Assembly: GCA_030648435.1 (NCBI GenBank)
Contig: JAUSHE010000008.1
Span: 3,449 to 67,448 of the forward strand
Source: Candidatus Daviesbacteria bacterium
Lineage (GTDB): Bacteria; Patescibacteriota; Microgenomatia; Daviesbacterales; UBA10151
Length of the DNA stretch: 64,000 bases
Direction: 5' to 3'
The notes beneath the pieces were generated by a model. The model searched no databases and was not told the DNA's origin. It worked only from the letters and a program-made list of their open reading frames with translations. The position numbers and the translations under genes were made by a program. Of this stretch, positions 1-9,485 are shown piece after piece (position 1 is the stretch's first letter; every line of letters starts with the position of its first letter).

Positions 1-173
1 CGAAGTGCCTGCAAAAGCCCCATGAAGTAATTGCCATCATCACTTCTTATATTAGATAATGCTTCTCCTAATAAAAATTTTCTTCTCGACTCAGGCCGCA
101 TTCGCTTTAACCGCTCTTGACGAGATGCCACATGCTTTGCCAATAACTCAGGGCCTACGTCACTTTCACCCAT
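1..173 (-). CDS. hypothetical protein, 5' part (runs off window)
   Basis: Manual translation MGESDVGPELLAKHVASRQERL... is open to the window edge; GGAG upstream; overlaps the stop of the upstream gene. Confidence 0.55.
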   Translation of the reverse strand, partial: MGESDVGPELLAKHVASRQERLKRMRPESRRKFLLGEALSNIRSDDGNYFMGLLQAL

Positions 174-1662
174 AAACTCCGCTTCTCCTTAAGACCATTC
201 TTTTTTCCACCTGATGGAGTAAATCATGGACAGAGTGGAACTCGAATCGTTCAACTACCACTCCCATCACTCCTTTTTCCACTAAATATTCCAGCACTTT
301 CGGATAAAGCGTAAGTGACCCACAGGCAATGAATGGAACTTTAGACTTATGCAGCAATTTAATGCCATCTTCCAAAAACTTTAGTAATCCATCTACCTCC
401 TGCTTATAAAAAGCCAGCTCTCCTTCCTCCGTATCAAAACCGTTTAAATAAGCTACAAGCTCATTTAAGTTTAAAACCACCCCGTCAACCCCTGCTACCA
501 AATAATCATCCAGATTTACAATATTTTCCGGTAAGGCAACTTCCATCCAAATTTGTAGCGATTTTTTCCTGGAGAATTTTTTTACTGCCAGTTCCCTCTT
601 CATTTGCAAAAGTTCATTTACTCCCCTAACAAACGGAACCACTATTTGGATATTAGTGAGATTCTTTTTATGACGGGCAAAATCCAAAACCGCCGCTAAG
701 GGTTCAAACAGGCTTTTCTGATGAAGTAATCTTAGAGCTCCGCGAACTTTACCCATTCCTTCTGATTTATCTGCCAGTTTAAAAAGAATAGGGGAATCGG
801 GAAAAGTTTCTGCAGACTCAACCAGCTTTAACACCACTTCATCAAAAGATTCATTAGGTTTGTTTAGGTCAAAAATTTTTCCTGAATCTATATATGCTCC
901 ATCAATCTCTTTTTCAGCAACGACACCCTCAGTTAGATCATAAAATACTTTAATTACGCTCCTAGCTTTGCAAGGGGACGCCTTACAGCTCGATACTATA
1001 GGAACAGATACTGGATTTAAAAAGGGTGTATAGGGCTTTATGCCGGCTAATTTCACTTCCCCATCAATGATCCATTCATATTCATGAGGGATAAAAAGTT
1101 TCTTATTGGCTAATAAAACTATGTCAGAAATCTTTTTGGAATTGCTTGGATGTAATTTTCCCGTTTTTATTCTAATTTCGACATCATCCTGCAGCGGATC
1201 AAAAAAAGCACTGCCACAACTCTCCACTTTTTTAATGAAGATAACTATTTGCGGTTCCAGGTTCTCCGTAATTCCGGGAGCAAAGCCATTATTCCACAAT
1301 CTGCCTTTAATCTGATCTAACCAAACAGCCAGCAGAGCAGACCAGAGATTTTTAACTGACTTAATTTTTTCTCCGCTCAGAAAAAATTCTTTATGCTTGC
1401 CTGCTTCTGTTTCCAAAATTGATGGCGTTGGAATAGAGTAAATTTCTTTTTTCACCAAAGTCAGGGATTGCTCGAAGATTTCCTTTTTACCAAAATCATA
1501 ATGTTCCAGAATAGATTTTAATTTAAAATTGGGTGCTGTTACAACAATTCCGCTGCCAACGGCAAACCCGACCCTTTGCAGCTTTGCCAAACCAACACTT
1601 AAACCGCCAAAAATCCTGCTGTCTTCATCTATTAATAATCTAATCGGCAGTATTTCAATCAT
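166..1662 (-). CDS. degenerate PEP synthase/PPDK-like protein (PEP-utilizing C-terminal barrel)
   Basis: N-terminal FGGLSVGLAKL resembles the PPDK N-terminus; C-terminal GVRG-like GKVRG, IVVPFVR and MEVALP; central phospho-His domain not evident. Confidence 0.7.
   Translation of the reverse strand: MIEILPIRLLIDEDSRIFGGLSVGLAKLQRVGFAVGSGIVVTAPNFKLKSILEHYDFGKKEIFEQSLTLVKKEIYSIPTPSILETEAGKHKEFFLSGEKIKSVKNLWSALLAVWLDQIKGRLWNNGFAPGITENLEPQIVIFIKKVESCGSAFFDPLQDDVEIRIKTGKLHPSNSKKISDIVLLANKKLFIPHEYEWIIDGEVKLAGIKPYTPFLNPVSVPIVSSCKASPCKARSVIKVFYDLTEGVVAEKEIDGAYIDSGKIFDLNKPNESFDEVVLKLVESAETFPDSPILFKLADKSEGMGKVRGALRLLHQKSLFEPLAAVLDFARHKKNLTNIQIVVPFVRGVNELLQMKRELAVKKFSRKKSLQIWMEVALPENIVNLDDYLVAGVDGVVLNLNELVAYLNGFDTEEGELAFYKQEVDGLLKFLEDGIKLLHKSKVPFIACGSLTLYPKVLEYLVEKGVMGVVVERFEFHSVHDLLHQVEKRMVLRRSGVYG
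963..991. repeat. REP-like hairpin copy 1 (inside CDS)
   Basis: TAGCTT-TGCAAGG GGACG CCTTACA-GCTC; encodes SCKASPCKA in the host ORF. Confidence 0.85.
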
Positions 1663-2141
1663 TCTACTTTCACGCTGTCCCCTGCTTTGATATTTAATTT
1701 TTGTGCCGTTCCGGCGTTAACTTCCAAAACCTTATTTGCATCCTCTTTTGCCTGATAAATTGGTAAGGACGCATCTTTTTGTCCCGCAGCCGGAGGCCCT
1801 ACATTTTCCGTGATATCCACAACTGCGTCTTTGTTAATCCAGATTAGGTCAAGTGCCAGTTTCATACCTTTCATCCAGAAAGGATGTTTGCCGCTAGCTT
1901 CAAAAATAAACAGCATCCCCTCATCCGAAGCCAGGGATTCCCTACCACCTAAACCTTTTTTTCTTTTTGAATCAGTATCCGCAATTTCAATTTTAAACCG
2001 GTTGCCACTGATAACGATTTGCTTACCTGGACTACTTGCAGGAATAAACGAGAGGCTATTTAAGGCACCTGTCTTAAACAAATAAAGTGCAACCCCGATT
2101 ACGGCCAGTAAAGCAAGTACCTGAAAGGTGAATTTCTTCAT
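1659..2141 (-). CDS. DUF192 domain protein
   Basis: EIAD...GL.GR..L..DEGMLFIF, FWMKGM, LDLIWI, VLEVNAG; N-terminal TM. Confidence 0.9.
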   Translation of the reverse strand: MKKFTFQVLALLAVIGVALYLFKTGALNSLSFIPASSPGKQIVISGNRFKIEIADTDSKRKKGLGGRESLASDEGMLFIFEASGKHPFWMKGMKLALDLIWINKDAVVDITENVGPPAAGQKDASLPIYQAKEDANKVLEVNAGTAQKLNIKAGDSVKVE

Positions 2142-2160
2142 ACAATTTCAGTGTACCATA

Positions 2161-2718
2161 TCAATTGCAGTCCCCCCAAAGGCCCCGTTTAAACTGTTTT
2201 GCTTCATTCTCTGCCTGTCTTAACTGCTCATTATATTTAACATCAGGAGGATAAGTTAAAACTCTGGCAAACCCTTCTCTGACCAGATAATCATTCACAA
2301 AAAGTATCTGACCGTCAGGAAGAGGCAGGAAAATTAAGCGCAACAGCCGGTCGTATTTATCTTTATCAGATATATCTTTCTGCAAAATAATCTCTTTATT
2401 GGTCAATAATGATTTTACCTCGTTTGAGGCTTCCTTTCCAAAACAGCCAACCGGACGGCGCGGGTCAACAGTTTCAGGAGTATCTATCCCTATAAAACGC
2501 ACTGATAAATTTCCCTGCACTTCAATTGTATCTCCGTCTACAACTTTTGTAACCAAAACCCGTTCACCTGCTAAACCAACTACAGCAGAAGTTGTGGCAA
2601 TCGGAGATGACTGATATTGTATTTGCGGATCCGACTTCAGCCCAAACCACAACAGGGAAAAACCCGTGATGATAATTAAAAAACCGGCTGTAACTAATAA
2701 TTTAGTATTAGACCACAT
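2161..2718 (-). CDS. thermonuclease (SNase) family protein
   Basis: VVDGDT, RFIGIDTPE, DKYDRLL, GLW; start moved to MWSN. Confidence 0.92.
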   Translation of the reverse strand: MWSNTKLLVTAGFLIIITGFSLLWFGLKSDPQIQYQSSPIATTSAVVGLAGERVLVTKVVDGDTIEVQGNLSVRFIGIDTPETVDPRRPVGCFGKEASNEVKSLLTNKEIILQKDISDKDKYDRLLRLIFLPLPDGQILFVNDYLVREGFARVLTYPPDVKYNEQLRQAENEAKQFKRGLWGDCN

Positions 2719-2719
2719 T

Positions 2720-3682
2720 CTAATTTGCAAAATTTTGAGTAAACATCTTACCGTAAACCCCACCATCCATCACGCCTATCCCAACTTTTGCATAATCAGT
2801 TGAAAGTATATTTGCCCTGTGGCCTTCAGAGTTCATCAAACCCCGCTCAGCTAACTCTACACTGGGGGTATATGCCAAATTTTCACCTATCACCAAAAAG
2901 TCAATTCCTACCCTCAAAGCCCTGTCAGCTACAGTTTGATTTTCAGGTGAATAATGGGAAAAATAGCCTCTTTCAAACATATCCTTACTATGAGCCCTGG
3001 CAATACCCCGGAGCTTCGTATCAAAAACCAGCACCTTAAATCCCCTGCCAATCCTTTCCTTATTCACCATCTCCAGCATTTTGTCTTCCGAAGCGCTATC
3101 TACCAATAGTTGATTAGTTTGGAAACCCAGGTTGACTTTTTCATCTGTTTTGGGTTCTATAGTCAGGAAGGTTAAGGAATCATTAGCTACCCCTCCAAAA
3201 ACCTGCTTAACCGGAGATTCCAATCCATATGCAATTTTTAATATTTGGCTACCAATCCTGGAATCCAAAACATTTTTTTTAATAGTGGGCTGAATAGGGA
3301 AAGTTGCTACCATCACTAAAATTAAGGCAATAAAAACCAAACTCCGGAGAAGTGCCGGCACTAGAGCTAAAACTTTTGATCCCAGAATCCTAAATCTTGG
3401 GATCCTTGGCAGGATAAGCCTAACCAGAAAATAAAAAGCGGTTTCAGTTACAAACCAAACAGTCATAAAACCTAAAACCAAAGTTAAACCGTGCGGAATA
3501 TGAAACTGGCTTTCAAAGAATTTGGCAGGAAAATTGTAGTAGCTAAAAGATAGTAGGCCTGCTAAAAGGAAGCTCAAAAAATCAACAAGTTCCAGGATAA
3601 ATGACCTAGCTAACGATTCAATGACAAAAAGCAAAAGTACTCCTATAATGACAAGGTCTACCCAGTTTAGGCCGAAAAGCAT
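2720..3682 (-). CDS. CvpA (colicin V production)-like membrane domain fused to CAP/SCP domain
   Basis: NWVDLVII N-terminus with 4 TMs; HSKDM..RGYFSH, GENLA, SEGHRANIL; the longer ORF-track start overlaps tRNA-Lys. Confidence 0.88.
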   Translation of the reverse strand: MLFGLNWVDLVIIGVLLLFVIESLARSFILELVDFLSFLLAGLLSFSYYNFPAKFFESQFHIPHGLTLVLGFMTVWFVTETAFYFLVRLILPRIPRFRILGSKVLALVPALLRSLVFIALILVMVATFPIQPTIKKNVLDSRIGSQILKIAYGLESPVKQVFGGVANDSLTFLTIEPKTDEKVNLGFQTNQLLVDSASEDKMLEMVNKERIGRGFKVLVFDTKLRGIARAHSKDMFERGYFSHYSPENQTVADRALRVGIDFLVIGENLAYTPSVELAERGLMNSEGHRANILSTDYAKVGIGVMDGGVYGKMFTQNFAN

Positions 3683-3729
3683 AGATAAATCATAGCAAAT
3701 CCAGCTTAAATTTAGTACAATACATCCGA

Positions 3730-3801
<72 letters not shown>

Positions 3802-3926
3802 CCCAATGATATCTGTGTTTTTAGAGGCTATTAGCCTCGAAAAATTGTTAAAAACTCCTCAAAAATAATCCTATAACCTAGAACCCCAACGAGATTCGAA
3901 CTCTTGATTAGCTTATCATATCAACA

Positions 3927-4091
3927 TTATTTGTTTTCCAAATCCATCTCGTCAATATCCTTATCCCAATCTCCTCCGTAAAAATGCTGCATTAATCCAC
4001 AACATAATTCATAAACAAACACCTGTATTTTCTTCAAATCTTCATCAGATAAATCAGGATAGTATTTTCTTATAGTATCTAAGGGTAACAT
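3927..4091 (-). CDS. small hypothetical protein (54 aa, MLPLDTIRKYYPDLSDEDLKK...)
   Basis: Not in ORF track; strong SD AGGAGGTGA upstream; homologous truncated copy at 7434-7526. Confidence 0.75.
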   Translation of the reverse strand: MLPLDTIRKYYPDLSDEDLKKIQVFVYELCCGLMQHFYGGDWDKDIDEMDLENK

Positions 4092-4354
4092 CTTCAATCA
4101 TCACCTCCTATTCACAACAGGAATAATTCTATAAGGTAAGTCAATGATTAGTTGAAAAAAAGGAAGTAAAAAAACTTCAACAGCTTTTTGAAAAATTAGG
4201 CGTTAGAGAAGAGGAATGGAAAGATGCAACCAAAAACATCGCGGGCAGTTTTCTTGTCCCGAGCGAACCGACATAGTATCTTGATTTTTCAAAATATGGA
4301 TAATACTTACACCATGTTAAACCGTTAGAGATGCTTAATGCCCTGTTCATTTCC

Positions 4355-5140
4355 CTAGCTCCTTGTTCTTTTCGCTTCTCTTGTTCGAGCAAGAGTATCT
4401 GCCTTTTGGAATCTTTCTGTTTGCATAACTCCATCTTTTATTTTTTGGTTCTCTTTCATCAGATTTGAATGCTTTTCTGCAAAGTCTGGCATAACTTCAA
4501 TGCTTTTATAACTTTGGCTTACTTCATACCATAAACCCATAATTGCAAGAGTTGTGTTGGCCAACTGCCATAGAGCTGCTTTTTCCATGTAGTCATCTTC
4601 AAAGTCGAAGTACGATACTTGAATCTGAGCACCTTCTTTTGAAGACAGAAACTTATATCCTCTGTTAGTGTCAACTAGGTTTGAATGACTGGAAACCTGC
4701 ACAGGTTCCTTTATCTTCAGTATTGCCTTAGATGTAGCTGGGTAATTTTTACTTAACCATTTGTATCTCTTACTTTTGAGTTTTATTGTGGAGTCCATGA
4801 TCCCAAACTCGTCTGTTTTTGCAAACTTCTCCACATCAGGGAATGCAATAGAATAAGCGGCATCTGTTCCAGATTCAATTAACTGTCTTAAGTTGAGTGA
4901 TGATTGTGCGTGGTGAAGGCGTATTATAGAAAATAAAGTAAGTAGATAAAAATTGCGGACAGAATAATAGAATCTTAAAAATATATCTTGTGGAGCCTTG
5001 AATTCGGTAAAAAAGCTTTCGAGCAATTGGAAAACCATCAAGTTATGAGCAAAATTTCCTCCATATTTGTTAAGTGCATTTAATGTTTTGTTATGTTCGC
5101 CTTCTATAATCTCAGTTAAGGTTCCGCTATGTTTTTTCAT
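4355..5140 (-). CDS. hypothetical protein, HEPN-like (DUF5677-like)
   Basis: Helical; LRQLIE...AY and SSHSN motifs typical of the DUF5677/HEPN-like class. Confidence 0.5.
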   Translation of the reverse strand: MKKHSGTLTEIIEGEHNKTLNALNKYGGNFAHNLMVFQLLESFFTEFKAPQDIFLRFYYSVRNFYLLTLFSIIRLHHAQSSLNLRQLIESGTDAAYSIAFPDVEKFAKTDEFGIMDSTIKLKSKRYKWLSKNYPATSKAILKIKEPVQVSSHSNLVDTNRGYKFLSSKEGAQIQVSYFDFEDDYMEKAALWQLANTTLAIMGLWYEVSQSYKSIEVMPDFAEKHSNLMKENQKIKDGVMQTERFQKADTLARTREAKRTRS

Positions 5141-5962
5141 TTATTTCACTTTTTTAATTTCCACTAAAAACTCAGCATATTCATCATAACCTTCGAGAAA
5201 TAGATCTAACTGTTCCTGATTCAATATTCTCTTGTTTACATAAGGCTTCTTTACAAGAGGGATGACGGAAGTGACTTCATAAATAGCATCCATATAATCT
5301 TCTAATTCCTTTTTCGAAAGTACTTTTTCTGTAGTGGGTTTAATCACCTTTTCATAAAAAATATCATCCAATTCATTTATTATTTTAACTCCGATATCTA
5401 AAACGTTATTTATACTTGCTTCACTCGGGATGTCTCCGTGTACAACTCGGTTAAGTATTGAGGTTATTTCTAAGATCATATTCCGTACACGATTGTCTAT
5501 AACTCCAGTTGCAGCAAGTGTTTGTACCATTGTTCTCATGCTATGGGGATTTTTCTCTTCCGAGAAAGTAAAAAGTCTTTTAAGCCTAACTTCTATCTCG
5601 ATCCTTAGTTTCGCAAATGCTAAAACACCATCTCTTTCTGCAAGTTCGTGTAATTCATTAGCCAAAGTATCTGCTCTTTTTGAAGGTTTTTGATCAGAAT
5701 AGGCCTTCTCAGCTTTTTCTTTAAGCTCTTTTATACTTTTCTCTAGCTCAACTTCAAGATCGCCCCATTTTATTTTTTTAATCTGTGAAGCAAATGGTGT
5801 TAAAAGAACTAACACCATCAAAAGTATTGTTGTGTTGTCTATCAATACAAAAGATGCTTTAAATAAATGCAAAAATAAAATTAATGCGTTGAAGCAAAAA
5901 ATAACAGCAATTATTTTACCGCTCGTAATAGTATTTTCTAGCCAGTCTCTTAATTTTTTCAT
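5141..5962 (-). CDS. 2-TM membrane protein with HEPN-like domain
   Basis: Two N-terminal TMs, coiled coil, EIEVRLKRL...GVID...LNRVVHG (HEPN R/Nx4H-like). Confidence 0.6.
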   Translation of the reverse strand: MKKLRDWLENTITSGKIIAVIFCFNALILFLHLFKASFVLIDNTTILLMVLVLLTPFASQIKKIKWGDLEVELEKSIKELKEKAEKAYSDQKPSKRADTLANELHELAERDGVLAFAKLRIEIEVRLKRLFTFSEEKNPHSMRTMVQTLAATGVIDNRVRNMILEITSILNRVVHGDIPSEASINNVLDIGVKIINELDDIFYEKVIKPTTEKVLSKKELEDYMDAIYEVTSVIPLVKKPYVNKRILNQEQLDLFLEGYDEYAEFLVEIKKVK

Positions 5963-5970
5963 TTTAGTTA

Positions 5971-6168
5971 TTATCTTTCCAATCTTTGACTCCTTTCGAT
6001 ATTTGGTCTACTTGGCATAAAAAGGTAGTAATATTGAGTGAAGTTTGGTTCAGGTTTGGGTTTGTTTAGCAAAGTATCTGCTATTTCTTCCGACATTAGA
6101 CCGTAGAATCCATAAGCTAACTGTTCTATTCTTTTTAATTCTGATTTTGATCTTGATAATTTATCCAT
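5971..6168 (-). CDS. small hypothetical protein
   Basis: 65-aa ORF packed co-directionally between neighbours. Confidence 0.5.
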   Translation of the reverse strand: MDKLSRSKSELKRIEQLAYGFYGLMSEEIADTLLNKPKPEPNFTQYYYLFMPSRPNIERSQRLER

Positions 6169-6177
6169 TGTCTAAAA

Positions 6178-6975
6178 TTAAAATATTAGTCTGTTGAATT
6201 GACTAAAATCACCCCAAAGAGAACATTTAAATTGAGTACCGTCAGAGATAAAAATATTCCTTTCTTTAAGTTTATCCTTAAAGAAGAAGTCGCTGAAAGT
6301 AAAAAAATCCAATACATTTTTAAGAATCATCTTTGTTTCTTTTTCGATTGTTTCGGGCTTAACCCAATTTTCCTTAACATCTCTCATTGCGAATATTTTA
6401 TCTTTTCGCATCTTAAAGCCTGCTTCAGTTACAGCTTTCACCGATACAACATGAGGAGTTTGTAAATGGTGAATAAAACTATGACGATCTGTATTTAGAA
6501 CTTCATACCAAGCCTTTTCTGTCTTTACTGATTTATACTTTTTTGTTAAACCATCGTGAATTTTATGCTTATTAAACCATCCACTTAAATCGTTAAAGAC
6601 GGGGCTTCGGTTTTTTTGGAAGGGTTCTTCGGATAGACCATAAAATAAAGGTACAAGAGTTGTAAATGAATCAAGCATAATCTGAGAGTAGATAATCAGA
6701 CTTTCCCAATCTAGATGAAGATTCATAAAAAGGCCATCCCCAGGTTTAGTTAAACGGTAAGAAATCGTTGATAAATAACCTAAGCAGGCTGAAATTCTTC
6801 CACTTGCGTCCTTGTGCTTTTGTTCAATAGGTAATTTAGATTCAGGAGTAATAATACTTATTCTTGAAAGAGCAAGGCGTCTATCTGCTAATTCTGTAAA
6901 TAAACCTGATATTGGTACTGCAATACCACTATCCGAATGGGGCAATAGTAATAAGTGCTTATATTTCTTTGCCAT
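6178..6975 (-). CDS. HEPN-domain protein (Cthe_2314-like)
   Basis: ES.....Q.MLD and WY..LN.DRHSFIH (Rx4H); SD GGAGG. Confidence 0.6.
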   Translation of the reverse strand: MAKKYKHLLLLPHSDSGIAVPISGLFTELADRRLALSRISIITPESKLPIEQKHKDASGRISACLGYLSTISYRLTKPGDGLFMNLHLDWESLIIYSQIMLDSFTTLVPLFYGLSEEPFQKNRSPVFNDLSGWFNKHKIHDGLTKKYKSVKTEKAWYEVLNTDRHSFIHHLQTPHVVSVKAVTEAGFKMRKDKIFAMRDVKENWVKPETIEKETKMILKNVLDFFTFSDFFFKDKLKERNIFISDGTQFKCSLWGDFSQFNRLIF

Positions 6976-7034
6976 TTTTCCCCTCCATAATTGTTATTTC
7001 TTCCGGCGTGAGGCCGTAGAGTTTATAAATCATC

Positions 7035-7232
7035 TTATACCCCTGTAATTAGCCTAATAATATCTTCTCTCCGATATCGCCTTTCTCCGACCCCACGCTT
7101 ATTACCAATCCTAATAGCTTTTAATTTTCCGTTATTATCCCACCTTCTTAGTGTTGTAGGAACAACTCCTAGTATTTTGGCTACTTGGTTAATATTTAGA
7201 AGTCTTGGTAATCTTACCTTATTTTCTGCCAT
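7035..7232 (-). CDS. MerR-like/excisionase HTH protein
   Basis: LLNINQVAKILGV..TTLRRWD..GKL...R....G.RRY. Confidence 0.88.
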   Translation of the reverse strand: MAENKVRLPRLLNINQVAKILGVVPTTLRRWDNNGKLKAIRIGNKRGVGERRYRREDIIRLITGV

Positions 7233-7433
7233 CTTAATTAAAAATAGTTATTGTACTTTATTATACAGAAAAAACCCGTATGTAACTATAATTAAAAAGA
7301 GGTAAACAATAAGGAAAAGTGGTTTAGTTTTTTATCGCAGGAGTTTTTGAGGCTAATTCTGGTTGTAACCACCAAATTAAATCTGGTAAAATATCCATAG
7401 ACAGAAAAGCTTCGCAGAAATTGCGAAGTCTGT

Positions 7434-7526
7434 TTAAGACACTAGGCGGATCACTGAATGGGATTTTTCCAAATCCTCGTCTGATAAATTAGGATAATAT
7501 TTCCTAATCACATCCAAGGGCAACAT
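7434..7526 (-). pseudogene. truncated paralog of the 3927-4091 small ORF
   Basis: Same SD context TAGGAGGTGATGAT; MLPLDVIRKYYPNLSDEDLEK, then homology stops. Confidence 0.75.
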
Positions 7527-7596
7527 ATCAAATCATCACCTCCTAAGAATTGGTAACAAGAGTAACTGCAGAAGCTCAGAGGTTGTAGGATAATTT

Positions 7597-8394
7597 TTAG
7601 AGGACTACTGTAGTTTTTTCGTAAAGCATCGGCAAACAATCTTGTCGCATCCTAAATTTTGTTCCATGATTATGGCCGGTACGAGCGTCAAAATCGACAA
7701 GAATTTTTCCTTCCTCAAGGGCTTTCAAAAACCCATCAAAACTGAATTTTTGAAGCATCATAACTTTAGAATATTTGTAATACTCCTTCTTCCTTACTGT
7801 TTTTACTTCTGCCTGAACGTAAAAAGTATTTAATAGTTTTGTCCCTGCCTTATGTTCTAAATCATCAAAACCCCAATATGGTTGAGGACTAAGTTCGCCT
7901 ATCCCAACTCTTTTCTTAACTGTTTCTAACCATGCCTTGTGACGTATATCAACACTCCCTGCATCGAATGAAATTAAAATTTTCCGTTCTTTGCGGTCAA
8001 TTACCACCATAAAACCTCGATCGCTTCTTGATTGTCCGTGAATTGTTTGCCTAAAACTCATTTCCCCGAGTGTATATTTTTTACCATCTTCCTGATGGGA
8101 CCAACCGTATTTTGGCAAAAGCATTTGTGGTACAAATCGAATAGCCCGCGGAGAAGGTTCGATATGAAAAAGGGTTGTTAATGAAGATGAGTTAAGCCGT
8201 TGAGCTTTTAGTTCCCATTCAGCAGCATTAGGAATTGGTAAATTGTTTTCTTTGATGCCGAGTAAATCTTCTAATGTGTTCCCTATACCACCAGAGTTGC
8301 CTCGTCTAGCGTTCGGAACCCAGCCCATAGCAATAATTTCTTTGAGTTTATCAATTAATGCTTGTTTTGAATAAATAATCGGTTTATCTGCCAT
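7597..8394 (-). CDS. MvaI/BcnI-family restriction endonuclease
   Basis: GIGNTLEDLLGIKENN, WELK, TLF..EP, HNHGTKFR. Confidence 0.9.
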   Translation of the reverse strand: MADKPIIYSKQALIDKLKEIIAMGWVPNARRGNSGGIGNTLEDLLGIKENNLPIPNAAEWELKAQRLNSSSLTTLFHIEPSPRAIRFVPQMLLPKYGWSHQEDGKKYTLGEMSFRQTIHGQSRSDRGFMVVIDRKERKILISFDAGSVDIRHKAWLETVKKRVGIGELSPQPYWGFDDLEHKAGTKLLNTFYVQAEVKTVRKKEYYKYSKVMMLQKFSFDGFLKALEEGKILVDFDARTGHNHGTKFRMRQDCLPMLYEKTTVVL

Positions 8395-8400
8395 TGCTGT

Positions 8401-9153
8401 TTATAAAAAACTTATTTGAGACTGGTGTATTCTAATTCTTTCTTGGGCCATTTCGCAATATTCAGGGGAAATATCTATCCCAATATAATTTCGTTTGAAG
8501 TTTAAAACGGATATTGCAGTTGTGCCGGAGCCCATGAAAGGATCGAGGATAATTTTTGCATCTGTTGACGATATAATTCGATCAATTAATTTAACAGGAA
8601 AAGCAGCAGGGTGCTCATTTTTCATCTCTTGTGTAAATTCCCAGACATCCCCATAAGCATTTGCTTTTGGTGCTAGTTTAAACTTTGGTTTGGCTATAAG
8701 ATAAATAACCTCGTAGGTGGGCAAGAAATAACCTGCATTGAAATTAAGACCTCCTTTTCTTTTCCAAATAATAATTTGCCTGACAGGAAATCCGCTAACT
8801 ATATCTTGGCGATCTTGTAATAAGCCATCTTGAACGCGCCATTTATGATTATAGAAAATTGCGCCATCTTCTGGAATTATTCTCATCATTTCACTCAAAC
8901 ATTCTTTTTGCCATTTAACATATTTATCATGGGGCATACAGTCGTCATGATGTGAATATCCATTTTGGAGTGCTGCATTTGCCCATTTCCCACCACGACC
9001 ATCTTTCATTCCATTACCAGTAGAATTTTTCAGATTATACGGGGGGGAGGTTATCACCAAATCAGCTGCACTATCAGGGATTTGCTTCATAACCTCCAAT
9101 GCATCACCACAAATAATTTTATTTACAAAACTGTCTGGAAATTTTAGACTCAT
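8401..9153 (-). CDS. site-specific DNA methyltransferase (N4/N6, beta class)
   Basis: TSPPY, HPAAFP, LDPFMGSGTT. Confidence 0.93.
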   Translation of the reverse strand: MSLKFPDSFVNKIICGDALEVMKQIPDSAADLVITSPPYNLKNSTGNGMKDGRGGKWANAALQNGYSHHDDCMPHDKYVKWQKECLSEMMRIIPEDGAIFYNHKWRVQDGLLQDRQDIVSGFPVRQIIIWKRKGGLNFNAGYFLPTYEVIYLIAKPKFKLAPKANAYGDVWEFTQEMKNEHPAAFPVKLIDRIISSTDAKIILDPFMGSGTTAISVLNFKRNYIGIDISPEYCEMAQERIRIHQSQISFL

Positions 9154-9265
9154 CGCTCAAATTATAGCAGTTTTTCTAAACCATTTGTCGGTACAAATAG
9201 GATTTGATGTTGTATAATCTATCACCGAGATTCTTGTGCCTGCCCGCCTCTGGAGGGGTGAAAGT

Positions 9266-9365
9266 ATCCTTCGACTCGCTACGCTCGCTCAGGACTTAGC
9301 CTTACTGTTAGGGAGCCCTTCGACTCCGCTCAGGCCTTCGGCTCTGAGACCGCTCAGGCTCGAAG
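9266..9365. repeat. cluster of REP-like palindromic units (CCTTCGACT...GCTCAGG)
   Basis: Repeated CCTTCG...GCTCAGG units, GC-rich, intergenic. Confidence 0.6.
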
Positions 9366-9485
9366 AGGTAAACTTATGTAGTGATTCATCTTGGCCATTA
9401 GGGTCGATTTAGTGGTTGCATTTTGTCATTATTTTTGATAATATAATGTTGTATTTCCAAAAGAAATACATTTGATTTGCTAATT

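Larger units (their letters stand above)
3802..9200. mobile_element. tRNA-Lys-associated defence-like island without intact integrase
   Basis: AT-richer cargo (HEPN-like genes, RM pair, excisionase-like HTH) and a duplicated small-ORF module immediately 3' of the tRNA; boundaries approximate. Confidence 0.65.
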
